Assembly (NCBI GenBank): GCA_030141605.1
Contig: JAQGDQ010000127.1
Location: forward strand, 434,001 to 498,000
DNA: 64,000 nucleotides
Source: Tubiluchus corallicola
Taxonomy: Eukaryota > Animalia > Priapulida
Direction of reading: 5' to 3'
Shown here in pieces: positions 10,774-23,900 of the stretch. The notes under the pieces were generated by a model. The model saw only the letters and a list, made by a program, of their open reading frames with translations. It made no database searches and had not been told where the DNA came from. Each line of letters opens with the position of its first letter. The stretch's first letter is position 1. The position numbers were made by a program, and so were the translations under genes.

Positions 10774-13700
10774 CTGGAAAAAATTAATATATGTAACTCT
10801 TGGTCATAGAACTATGACTGCTATTAAAAAGCAGAATCTTTACTTCGTAGTTGACCTAGGTTTAATCATCAAAAACAAATGTCCATATAATACTAGACAC
10901 AAAGTAATCAAAGTCAAAGCCAAAAACAATAAATTCAGTGTCTACTTACTATATTCAAGGAAATACAAAACTCTAGATTACTGTTGAATTTTGAATGAAA
11001 AGTTTGCACTTACCATTAAAGCCATTAGGCAAAGCTGCAGGCATGTCAATGGACCTATCATTAATTTGGTGTTGGCTAGGCTTCAGATCAAGCATTGGTC
11101 TTGAACCAATACCCATGGAAGACATTTCATGTAGACGTATACCTGCAAAGTACACAATAATTTTAAATGCAGCTTAACGAAGCTCATTAATCAACATGGC
11201 TATAAGTAAGCATATAAATATATTAGTGAAAACAATAACCAAAAACTATTCATTGATCATTGATACTGATAAATAACAATGCAAAACTGAGATAAAAAAT
11301 TTTGTGCTTACTTCTACTGCGTAAAGCTTGCTTCCATAGCAATTTAGATATATCACGAACCCAAGCAAATTTCACATCACTGTTTGGAGCTTGGAGAGTG
11401 TAAGTGTCACCTGCTTTTCTTTTTCTAAACCATACTTCAAACTTTGTATGTGAATCTCCAAGTGTTTCAGTCAAACCAATATCAGTCATCTGAAATTAAT
11501 AAAATCACTTAATTACGATGAGCATGTTTCAATATATTTAGCTGGCTTAACTAAAGATATTGAGACTTGTTTTACATGCAGATATTGCCCTCACATTAAG
11601 TCTAAATGCCTTATAAATATATAAACAAAACATTACCTTCATACTATGTTTGTACGTATATGTCTCATGACCTCCCTTGCTTACGCTTCGTTTAGTCTTG
11701 CTAAACAAGACGAGATCTTCAAACAAGAAGATGTGACGCAAACATTTCTTGCGACCCTGGAAGACTAGAAATTCACCCTGCCGCAACAGTTGACCCTGCT
11801 CCTGTATGTTGATGTCAGCTTCTTTAATGGCATCCATTGCTAACAAATCGTTACCATGTCGTAGTTGAAATTTGACCATTTCTTCTGCAGCCTGGAGTTA
11901 AATAATATTTATGTTAAAAAGTTAAACTGTTATTAAGAAGTCACTCTTGACAAGAGCAAAACCAATTTTGAAGAACACATCACATCAAAAGTGTGGTATA
12001 TTTCTAGCACATGCAATTTTTTATATACACCTAAACCTGGCTTATTATCAAGAATAAACCACCTAAGATGAGGCAGTGAACCAGCAGAGGTGTCTTAGCC
12101 AAATCTAGTAAATGGTCACAGTATCTCCTTTGCAGGCAAAGCTAACTTAATGCTGAGGGTGGTCAGTGAATGCCAGGTTTAATACTTCTGTTATACTGCC
12201 CAGCACAAGCAGTGAACCCGGTATTCACTGACCAAACTCAGCATGAAGTCACCTTCGGCTGCAAAGGAGATACTGTGAGCATTTACCTATTCATCTACAT
12301 CCGCGGAATGCCTGTATGAATAAATATCAAATTTTCAACATGAAAGTAAATATCATACTGCGAAAAATGATAAAAAGAGTGATGAAAAGCAGTTTTTGCA
12401 TATACCTGATGAAAAATGACACTGCAAATGTTATATTATGTACACACGTATGCATACAGTACACAATATGAATGACATAAAGAAAATTTAAATATAATAA
12501 GTTTGAGTGAAAGTGTAATAAAAACTTATGTACCTTTAACTCTTGGTAATATGGGTCAGTAATTGGACACTCGTGTAGTACTTGCTTAAGAAGCAAGGCA
12601 TATTTACCCATTCGTTGAACAGGTTTGAGCAAGTAGCTGGCTAAATCCATTTTATCTCCAAGTTCTAACTGCTTCTTCTAGAAGTAGAAAATCAATAACC
12701 GTAAAAATTATGCTTTTATTAAAGACCTACAAAATTTCCAACAAGTTCTCAAATTTACTAAACATTTGTCAGAATAATGCAACAACAAAATTGCAAACAA
12801 TTACATAGGATTTTGGAATTCCAGATTGTACAAAACTCATTCTAACTCTTACTTACCCGAAAAAATGTATTTCCATATTCAGCTAATAATTCATCAGATT
12901 TTGGCTTGTTTTTATTATACAGTGCATATAAATAGAACTGTGTTTCCTGCAAAGACCAAAGCACTATAACACTAAAATTGTAAGCAAAAGTGTTTATCAA
13001 TTAGAAATGGTTGCTGGTACCCCGACTAGCACTAATTTTTCTCCGGCAAACATAAATTAACAACAAACGACATTCAAAAATTTGAACCACCACCCTTAGA
13101 TGTTGTGTGTTATTGTATATGTCAACATTCTTTTTTCTATCACTGTGTAATGAATTTACAGAATCTAGACTGTCCACATGTCTGTGTATGAAACAGATAA
13201 GAATTATCACATATTATGAGTAAAAAAAATTGTGTAGTGAAAATGCACAGATAAGAAAAATGAATCCCTTTATCTTCAACAACTAAATTAAAAAGATTAA
13301 AATTTTACACATTGCATGAACTTCATATACTTACGTATCTCAAGAATATTTGGCCAACATGAAATGGGGCTTCGAGAAATTGTTCCAATTCATTAACAAA
13401 GTACTGACTATGAAATTCAAAGATCTTTTCAATGTTGCCAAAAACAACATTTCGTTTGCCACGTAGTTCCTGTGGCAAGTCTTCTCTTTCCATTTCTTGA
13501 AAATAATTCTGAAAACAAATTTTAATTTCATTGAAGTTCTAATGCAGTAAAACAACTTTGCAAAACACTGTTGAAGACAACGAAAGGGTTAAAGGAAATC
13601 ACAACGTATTACACGGCCTTATGTTGACGTTGTTGTTACTCTTGTTATCACAAACAAAGATGAAAAAATTAACACTGGAAATATAATTTATGAGTCAGCA

Positions 13701-14944
13701 TTCTTGGGAACAATGATCGTGCGTGGTACACGTCATCATAATATACCAGACAAAGATCAGGAGGACACGGTTGACCAGGTAAAACAGAGATTGAAGATCT
13801 TCGCCCCAGTCCCAGCATAATGCAAATTGCTAAAGCAAAATCCTAGGGACAAGAATAACAGCAAGCTGGTTGGCTTCTTTTGACGACTAATGGGTAAATT
13901 TTAAAAAAAACATGCACAAAATGTTTCAATAGGTTATATTATCAAATCAAAACATAAAATCTTTCTTAGATATGAAAAACATCATTGGATTATGCCAAAT
14001 AAGTCTAAGGAATAATCAGAATTATGTAAAGATTTTTCAGAAGTTTTAATTATTTACAGTTTCTGCAGTGCTTCAGGTAATTTGTCACTGTAGGCATTCT
14101 AAGCTGCAAATTTTTTGCAATTTTCGAGATCTTGTTAAAGTACCTTCGCTTAGTTTCTGGTATAATAGACACATTAGTAACGACTTTCAGTTGAGGACCT
14201 TAATGCTGAAGAGAATCAGCAAACATATCCTGCTTAATTTCTTTATTAATGGACAACTAGAACAAATTGGCTACAAAATGTCACAGAATATTTTTCTGTG
14301 CAGTGATACCTCAGCTTCATTGTTTTATATTCTCCACTAACCCAGGAAAACAACTGTGCATTACTTCTGCACAAGTATCAACAATGAACAAAAAATCAGC
14401 AATGAGATGTTTAACAATATAGGTCTAGGACTAGATAATCTGCCATCCAGGTAAATTATAGGATTACAGTATTATAGTGAACAGCTTACTCACCTGAATA
14501 ATATAAGACAGTGAAGAAACATAGTCCTGTTCAGTCTGCACCATCTCTGTCATCACTAACTGAAGTGTACGCTTACTTTTCAGCTCATCCTCACTCAATC
14601 TAAAGTCAGCTATGGAATTGGAAACTTTCACATTACTGTGACAGTTATTTGTAGAAGCTTGTGTCGGTTCTTCCAAAGACATTTTTCTGTTTCCATTACA
14701 CTTATCAGTTCCTGGTAAAACTTCTTCTGGAAGACTGTTAATAAAATGGATTTTAAGCTTACATTTAATTCAGCAATGTAGCAAGTTGTTTTCATATGCA
14801 TCAGCTAGGAGGGTAATTTTATTGCCGGTGATGAGACTGTTAAATAATTCAGTGGAAATTTATTTGTTGGAAGTAATTGCTTACAGAAAATCACCTATGT
14901 AATCATCTACAAATAATCGTCCTTCGAAAAACATTCATTTTAAA

Positions 14945-14984
<40 letters not shown>

Positions 14985-17900
14985 CCTCAAAACATTCACA
15001 AAAATATGCAATCAAATCAATCTGCTGAACTTGAAGTAGAACAGTAAGACAAGTAAAAACTAACCTATCCCGTCGTTCACCATCATGATGTAATGATTTC
15101 ACTGAAGTCTTACTTCTGTGCAGTTTAAGCAAAGCTTCAGATAATTTGTCACTGTCTGCCATTCCAAGCTGCCAACTATTTGCTCTTTTCATAATCTTTT
15201 TAAATGGTCTTCGCTTAGTTTTTGGTGCAGGTGGTGCCTCAGTAGCGACCTTTGGTTGAGGAGGATCTGATTTGGCTCCAGCTCTAATCTCACTTCTTGA
15301 TTGCAATACGCTTTCTGGAATATTTGTAGTTACAACTGACAAATCCTCAGTAATTAAACCTTCATTAAAGAGTTCCTCGTCGATTTCCGATATATTTTCT
15401 CTTAGAGCAGGACTGAATGGACCATATGGCGGAGGAATTACCAACTTCTGAGATGGAAGTCCAGCAAAAGACCTCCTTCTTTGTTCCAGCCGATAAAAGT
15501 CCGGCGTTGAAGTATATTTGGGATAACAAGACGAGTCGTCGAGACTACTAGGTTGTGGCAGCGAATCATCACATATTGATTCAATGCTTGTTATTGATTT
15601 ACTCATTTCTTTCGAACGTCGAAGCGAATGCGCCGAAGATTCATTTTCTAAATGTTCTTTAGCTCGAAGAAGTGTGGCTTGTCGAATGCCTATAAGCTGT
15701 TCGGTCTCTTTACACCGGGCTCGAGCACTCTTGCATTGTTCTGTGAGCTTCTCTCGCTTGAGTTTGTTTGCTAGATGCGACATCAAGTCAAACGTATCAC
15801 TAGAGACAGGAGGATTCTCTTCCAAGTATAGCTGCAATAATACAGATTTTCTTCGTTGTCGTATATATTAGTTTCAATAATAGCAAAATAGCAACAGTAT
15901 CCTTTAAGAACACCTTTCTTATGAAATATATTAGAAAAAACTGTAGTTACAAGAAATTGTATATTTTTTTAAATTAACATTTGCAATTGAAAGATCTTTA
16001 CCAATTTTAAAAGTGAAAATTATGAAAAGATGCTTGAATGACCACTGGCTAGTCTGTCACACATAACAGTAGAATGCACAAATAGGATATTTGGTAAACT
16101 GCTAAAAAATACAGTGGAAACAAACTTACTTTTAAACTTTTACTTAGATTAGCCAAGCCTTCTGAACTTGCAGAATTAACTTCCATTTTCATTCCAGACA
16201 CAAATTTCATTGCATGTAAAGCCCATTCATATGACTGCAAAAAAAGTATATTTTGCATTGTAGTGCAGCAAAATCAATCAGCTGTTCACAGAGCAAAAAG
16301 GTTGACATAGGTTTGCACTGAATTAACCAGATTTTTAATCATGGCCATAAATATCAAGCTATACAGCTATTTTTCACAGTTTATGAATACACTTATTCAA
16401 AAGCACAAAATTCGGTATTAAAAGCTGTAGGTTCTTTAACATTACGCAAGACATGAGTTCAGATGGGTGTTGTTTCAGAAAGTGTAAGTACCTTATCTAA
16501 AAGTTTGTAACATTTTGAAGTGTTCTCTACATTTTCTCTAGCTTCTTCCAACCTGCTAGAAAACAATCTCATTTCTCGTTTTAGTTCTCTACACAAGTCT
16601 TGCACTTGTGCGGCTTTCTCTGTTTGCCCAGCACTCTGCACCACCATAGCTGATTCTTCAATAAGGTCACTGCCTTTAGCTATTTGCTCCTGAAAATTAC
16701 CATACGAAAGTGTCACTTTTTTACACATAATGGTTTGCCACATCTCAAAACGTAGTTACTACGAAAAGAATAACGAAAAATTTTAGTTACAATCCCATTT
16801 AAAGCCTAGATTTTGCAATGCACAACAAAATTATTAGTAAAGCTGTAAGACTGAAAAGATGTAATAAAACTTTGAGAACAGTTACAGTTAAAGATAAAAT
16901 TCATTTGCACAACGTATAAAATTCTACACAACATCCAAAGGCCTACTTTAAGACTTAGCTATACAGTTTGTCAATTTTTCTTATATGTGTGCGTGTGTGA
17001 CATGGTATTTTGAACAATTCAAATAATATGCAAATTTAAATTTATGAAAAAAGTTTCAGCCAAATGTTTTAAGCATGGACTGTAATTACAGATGAAATCA
17101 AGCACAAACATCGACAATAAGCTCTCAGACAGTTTAATACACATATACATTTTTGCAAACGATCATGCAAATGGAGTAAAATGAATGTCATATAAAACTT
17201 TCTGTCATATATAATATGAGACTTTTCATATAATGCTTGAACATCCCCAAAGAATTTACTGTTTAATTTAATTAATTTTAATTGAAAAAATGTTTAATTT
17301 AAATTTAAAAAATCAGTCAAACCTACTAAGTAAATGTTTCTTAGATGTATCTGTTTTAAGAATTATTGTTAGTACAAAAGAATTGCGTTAAGAGCTTTTC
17401 AGCTGTTTAAGAACGAGTCCGCGAAAGCACCATGCAGGGGGTGGCACATGAGGGGTGACGAATTTATATCATTTTTTTCTAACATGAAGGGCGACCCCCC
17501 AAAACCACGTAACCAAGATATCAAATCGATCGAGCTACTATTGGCAGAGAAATGACTACATCAAGAAATTGACCTCAAAAGAGGCAAAAAATCGCTATTT
17601 TGGGGGGATATTTTAACTTTTTCTCCTGTATAAACTATTACAGGTGGGTCGACGTAAGTTGGCTGGTACATAGACCCAGACATTGTCTTCTGATATCCTA
17701 ACTTTTTCTGACATACTATTAATAGTATCAGAGAACGGGATTTTTTAAATTCGGCTCTTTGTTAAGAGTCCAGGGAGAGGTTAAGTTGTAAGGCTCATAA
17801 CTCGCCCACTGCGAGGCTACACAACTTCTGGTTTTCATGTATGTGTTAACCATCATCTTCACTAATAATATAAAAAAGAAAATTCGCTGGAGCCTGTTTC

Positions 17901-20900
17901 AGTATTTAGTACTGGTACTTTAAAATTTCACAAAAATCAGCAAAATTCGCCTTTTTCTAGTTTTTCAATATTTTTTCTATCTATATGCTGGATTATAAGT
18001 GACAAATCTGTATTCTAAATTTCATGAAAACGCACGAGCTGAGATAATATCATGAATGACATTATATGGAGGGGGCACTGTTAGAAAAAACTGCCATATC
18101 AACACACTTTTTTACTTTCCATAGTAATTCTGTCCATGTGTAAAAAGTAGACATACTTGGCTCAGGTCGTATATGACAGTAGACATTTAGCCACGTTTAA
18201 CCTGCATTTTCTGTGACTAGTGCTCTCATTTCCTAGTAGCCATAGATTCCTTTGCCATGGAAATTGCTAGAAATTTGCGAATTTCATCTTAAATTGGTTT
18301 AGTTATGTCGGAATTTTCATATGACTACAAATATGAATAATTGCCTCTTCTGATGGATTTCAGGACAGGACATCATGCATGCCCCTAGTACCGAGTCCGA
18401 CCCTGATTCAGGGCATTCTCTACACACTGAATCGCTAATGGATACCAGGAAAGACTAAACAATAAGCCCTCTATTAGAAAAGAAGTACCGATTGTTAAGA
18501 TTGAGAGTCATTGCTAGCGAAAGAATCTGACAACATTCGGTATATACATATAAAATAGAAATCCATTAATTTTTTATACTTTTTATATGAATAAGCTTCA
18601 TGGCTATACATAGAAGATTATGAACATCAGAACAAAAATGAAAAACTACAAAACTCAGTCAGAATTAATTTCTCTAAGTTCAAAATACTGTTCCTATTGT
18701 AGCAGCATAATCCTATCACTGAAGAGTAGTACAAGTAATCAAAACCATAATATCTAAATAATAGAGAAAGAATTATTGATGCAGGTAGATTATCCCTAGA
18801 AGATAGATACAGAAATATAGACAAATATATATGGGGAAAGTGATAAAGCGAAGATCTTACAGTCTGAACATGAGACAATATAAGCGTATGGGCCGCTTCT
18901 AGGAGGATGGCTGTGATATTTATCTCAGAAAATTGTTCTTCACCCAAAATTTATTTGTGGCACAAAATCGATACTTCTGACAAAAAATACAAATAGTGTG
19001 ATTGAATGATTGCGCCAATGGCACAAAAATTTTCGATGTTTTACAGTCAAAAAATCAAAGGACAAATGATATTTTGGGCGAAGTCTGTCCCATATTTTTT
19101 GGGCATTCGCTCAGATTTAGTGCAATTTTCTTTGTGCCCTGGCTTGTACGTCTATGTAAGACAATGAATAATAACTAAGTAATAACCTGTACATAACATT
19201 TACAAAGCATAGAAAATAAACAGTACATAAAACATTTTCCAGTCCTTGCAAGAAGCAATTTCTATTCCGTAGATATTTCATTTGTTTGAAGCGCTCTAAA
19301 TGTGGTCTAGTGTCTTTAGTGCAGGCTAATAGATTCACAATATTCGTTTCGTGTGGATAACTAGTCAGAATACCACATTTAACGCTGGTAAACAGCCCAG
19401 AAAACGAACATTTTAGTTCAGCAGTGGCCGCCATCTTGAATGCTGGAGTCCAATCCTGTCGGTAGTTTAACCAATGTGCTGGCCAGGCCCCTAGTTGCCA
19501 AAGATGAATATTTGTGACGTTTTGAAGTACTTTGACAAGATTTGACAACTCATGTTTACCTACACGAAGATTTTTGATGAACGTTGTTACCTATATTTTC
19601 ACCCTGATATATGCCTCTTTCAGGTGTCATTTACAATAGGGTGGAAATTCGCTCCATCGAAATTGTCACTGCAGCATAGTGGGATGGGATGCTCTATTCA
19701 CATACATATCGATATTTTTGTCCCCGCCCCCGCAGTGGGTGAGATATAAGACTTTAAAATGACTGAGTATTTGCATCTTGTGTGTACTGCGAGCTTAAAG
19801 ACCCCCAGTAGACCCGAAAGAGGGGGGTTTGGGACAAAAGTCGAAAAGTCATTTTGGAGAAGATAACAAGAGCCAATACTGTGCAGAGTCAGATCTATTC
19901 AAACTCAGTGGTTGCTGCATGGCTAATCCTTCAAATATGAGTAAAAAATAGAGAAAAATAGGCATTTTTTCATGAAAATCGGCCTATGCCGTACCTCTGC
20001 TACTATGAGGAGTTGGGCCAAGCGGATTCACATAGTGAATACTAGTGACTAGTGGACCTCATACCCGAACTTTGGTCTGAATCGGTTTACCTAACCTTGT
20101 GCCGGAATTTTTCAATTTTGCATGGTCTTCTCCACGGATGCGTTCTTAAGTGTTTCCATTCAGTGGCGTAGTAGTTGTTCCCCAAAATTTCACAAGTTTC
20201 CCAAAATTTAATTTTGTTTTTCAATTGAATTTATATACTTATTCAACAATGTTATCAGTTATGGTATGTACTTGTAGTAGGAAGAAGACTAGAAAGTACT
20301 TGCTCCCTCTTCCTCATTATTATTATTATTATTATTATTATATTATTGTATCACTGCACTTAATCATTGCATTTGTTGTTGTAAAAAAATTTATTCTAAT
20401 CTATTCTATTCTACATACCATGGCGACAAAATAAAACTTTTCAAACTCTTGTTCTCTAGTCCGAGCATCGCGTAGGTTATCAACAACGGCATTATGGTGC
20501 TTTTCTAGTTGAATCGACGCTTGATTTTTCAGCCAAACCAACAACTAAAATATTTGAATGTGAGTATTTCACTAAATGGAATAGTGCCGATCAAAAATGA
20601 AACAAGAATAAATTTTTAAAACCCATCATAGTCAAGTAGCTATAACTACTAGCAATATACCCTAACTTTTCATTTGTTTTCTAGGTTAATAAATGCAACA
20701 CCAGTACCATCTACAAAATATCACAGTAAGTAATGAATTTGGTATTATTTTGCTAGCCAGTAATTACAAGAATTCTCATCAAATGATGTTACAGACTGCA
20801 CACAGCAACACCAAGATGTGAAACTTCAATGCAGACTAACTAATAGATGGTACAATATAAGCGGGCTTGTCAAACGCCCAGTTTTACAACCCCAATAAAC

Positions 20901-23900
20901 TATACAACAGAGATTTTGAATAGATACCATCAAACTGGTACAAAGCATCAAATTAGAATCTCTCCCAGGGAGTCCTTTGCCCTGTCACTGTTTGAGCATT
21001 ACCTGTTTAAGCCTGTGTGTACCCACGTGAGCTGTAGGGTTTATTAACCAGCTAGCAATGATGGATGATTCCCAAGACAACAGGGAAACGTGGTGATTTT
21101 CCCACGCTAAAAGAAATCATATCTAACAAGTTTTGCCCAAAAATGAGAAATAAATTGAGACAGATGGTTTCTGACACCCCGAATTATTCATGATATTTAT
21201 AATGATGTTTCTGATGGCTGTTAAGTATAATCATTATTAAGTTTAATAAGTTGTTTAAGCATAACAGAAATATAAAACGTTTATGATTTTAGCATCATGA
21301 AAAAGCGCAAAAAAGAGAGGACAAATATTTCTCGTTCGTGGTTAAAACTTACTCTCAGTGATAGCAGCGTAACTTTAATTTGGTAAGGAAAAACACCTGT
21401 ATTTCACTTTTCCAGGTTTTCACTATTTGGTTTTTGCAACCTAAGTTTTTTATTCATTAAATTATAATTCCAATTTTCCAGGCAGTGACTTCACTGACTT
21501 GAATGTGAGAATAGCAAAAAAGCACACCCATGATGACTTTTAATGTGGAATTTTGAAACTGCAAAAGTAGAAGAATAAAAGTATATAAAAACCTCAATAT
21601 GCAACACTCATAGGATAAAAAACCAAAAAATTGTACATTGCACCTTGTTCAGCCTTAAATCATCAAACACTTGCAAATCCTACAAAATGAGTGTTTCATG
21701 GTAAAGCAAGAATTATTTACCAAGTTTGCCTCCTCTTCAAAAGTCTGTACCAGCAAACAGTGTTCCAGTTTGTGTATGCGACTTTCAGCAGCCTTTGACA
21801 GCTTCACCATTACTTTTTGCACCTCCCTATACAACATGCCCACTCGCTCTACAGTGTCTCTGTAACGGAAAAAATAATTATTGAAGGTTGAGTTACTTTT
21901 CATTCATTCGGTTTTCATTGTATTTGAGTTTCCAAAAGAAAGAAAAAACCAACAAAATGCGAGTGAAACTGTTGCCTGATTCTTGCAAGGGAGACCGATT
22001 GTCTTGTTTAGTAATACAGTAGAAAATAAAAGATCAATTTATAAAGTAATTTTATATACATGCTCGCTGCTGTGAGAGCAGTACTGCCGCTTTACAACTG
22101 ATCTAAAAACTCTAAAATTTCGAAACAGCAAGTAACTTACCAGAGTATTATCACCTACGGAAATTTAAGTTCATAAAACACTGAAAAGCTTATGTGGCCA
22201 ACAAAGAGCTGGATTAACTATTGGGTTGACTACAAAAACGAGGAATGACGCACTGCTCCATTTTACTACGCTTCTTTGTACTGTACTTTTACAAAGCTTG
22301 AAATTAACTTTAGTGTAATTACAGAGGCTAAAGCATTGTTCAAAGGTAGAGTATAGGTCAGTTACCGGCTCAGTTGTGGTCATTTTACAGCTCAGCAACT
22401 CTGGAATGGTCAGCTTTTTTCGAACAAATCAATCATGCCAAACCCAATGGTATTTCTACACTTCAGGTCAGTTTTCGACAGCTACGTGTGAGAAATTTTT
22501 CGCGGAGGTAGCAAAACGCCCAAGCACAAGTAGACAGAAAAAGCGTCAAGTTTCCTCATTGCGTTTTCTTTGTTTAAAATTTGAGAATATTTTCCTGTGA
22601 GAAAATTCCGCGTCGGAAGAGTCTCCGTGTAAATTAAAAAAGGGACATATTTTCCACAAGTTTTGATAGTTGAGAAGCTGACATACCATCTTGTGAACGT
22701 GAAAAATGGTACTGACTTAATAATTTAATATATATGGGCCCAAGGAGAGGGGGGGTGCAGCCGGGACATTGCTCTGGGGGCACACGAAGTCACGGGGCCC
22801 ATAAATAAGATTGTTTAGGTCTTAAAAGCCAGAAAAGCCCTTTTATTTAGCAAAAAATGAACCGGGGCATATTACGGTTCACTGTGGATAAACATATTTC
22901 AGTTATTAAGAAATAACAACACAAATTATTGAATTGTATTTTTTAGTTTTCGCGCCTTTGTAGAGGTGAGGGAGGAGGCCAAAATTTGTCTTGCTCTGGC
23001 ACATAAAAAATCTTCTGGCGGCCCTGTAGACTATACTAGTTTAAAAAATTCGTTACTTTATTTAATAGAGTGCCATAAGACTTTTTAACCACAAGTAGGC
23101 TAACAAAAACAGGGTTTAATACTCCAATATAAACCCAAGTGAAAACGCATTTCATTATACTTTGTTTACCGCTGATATTCAGTCAAACTGTTCTGGGTAT
23201 TCAAATCACCCATTTTTATCACCAGTGTTACGATGGCAGTTAACACACTTTTCAGTATATTAACACGCACCAATTTCCTGACTGCACTGCTAATGTTTAT
23301 AATAAAGCAGTACTGGCTAGTTTCATTGAGCATTTAAGAATTATTACACGCAAAAAACAGGCCATGTGATTGACATGATATATTATCTTGTCAAGTTAGT
23401 GACATGCTGGAAATGGTCAATCATAATTCAAAAGTACTTGACTGGTCGTGCAAGTAACTGAAGAGTGGACTAAATTACTGTGAACAAGAGCTGTTACTTG
23501 GCAGATAATTTCCAAGAAAATTTAACACTTTTATTTGCAGAAATAATTTAATTCAGAAACAAAAAACCAATTCGACCTCTTGGACGAATCAAGCTAATGC
23601 AACCCTTATCACGTATAACATCAGTCAACTGTTGCAAAAAAACTCATGAGGACATGTTTTGCCACCAATGATGGTAATAACACCGATAGAAGCATGAGCG
23701 CACTAAACTTGAAATTCAAGTTCAAACTGCTTAATTACAGCTGAGTCAGACTGTAATTACCAGTCACCCGCATAGTCATAATAATGCCTTATGTCGTGAA
23801 TTAACTGTGTCACTAGGAAAACAAAATGACTTTTTAATGAAAGTTTACGAGCCTGACCGTTAAAAACACTTGTCAAGGAAACTGGACTGGTAATGACACA

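Noticed and set aside
13001-13210. Protein-like ORF HVDSLDSVNSLHSDRKK inside a DH-domain intron
   Set aside because: Acceptor phase is incompatible with the phase-0 neighbours and inclusion would break the DH domain.
13713-13820. 35-aa plus-strand small ORF MIVRGTRHHNIPDKDQEDTVDQVKQRLKIFAPVPA
   Set aside because: Length expected by chance; no recognisable homology or gene signals.
15584-15871. Plus-strand ORFs antisense to GEF exons (also 10995-11177, 21671-21865, 55268-55462, 55617-55901)
   Set aside because: Shadow ORFs of real minus-strand exons with no independent signals.
21350-21455. ATG...gtaagt candidate first exon (MNKKLRLQKPNSENLEK*NTG...)
   Set aside because: In-frame TGA in the middle and no support for readthrough or selenocysteine; likely chance.
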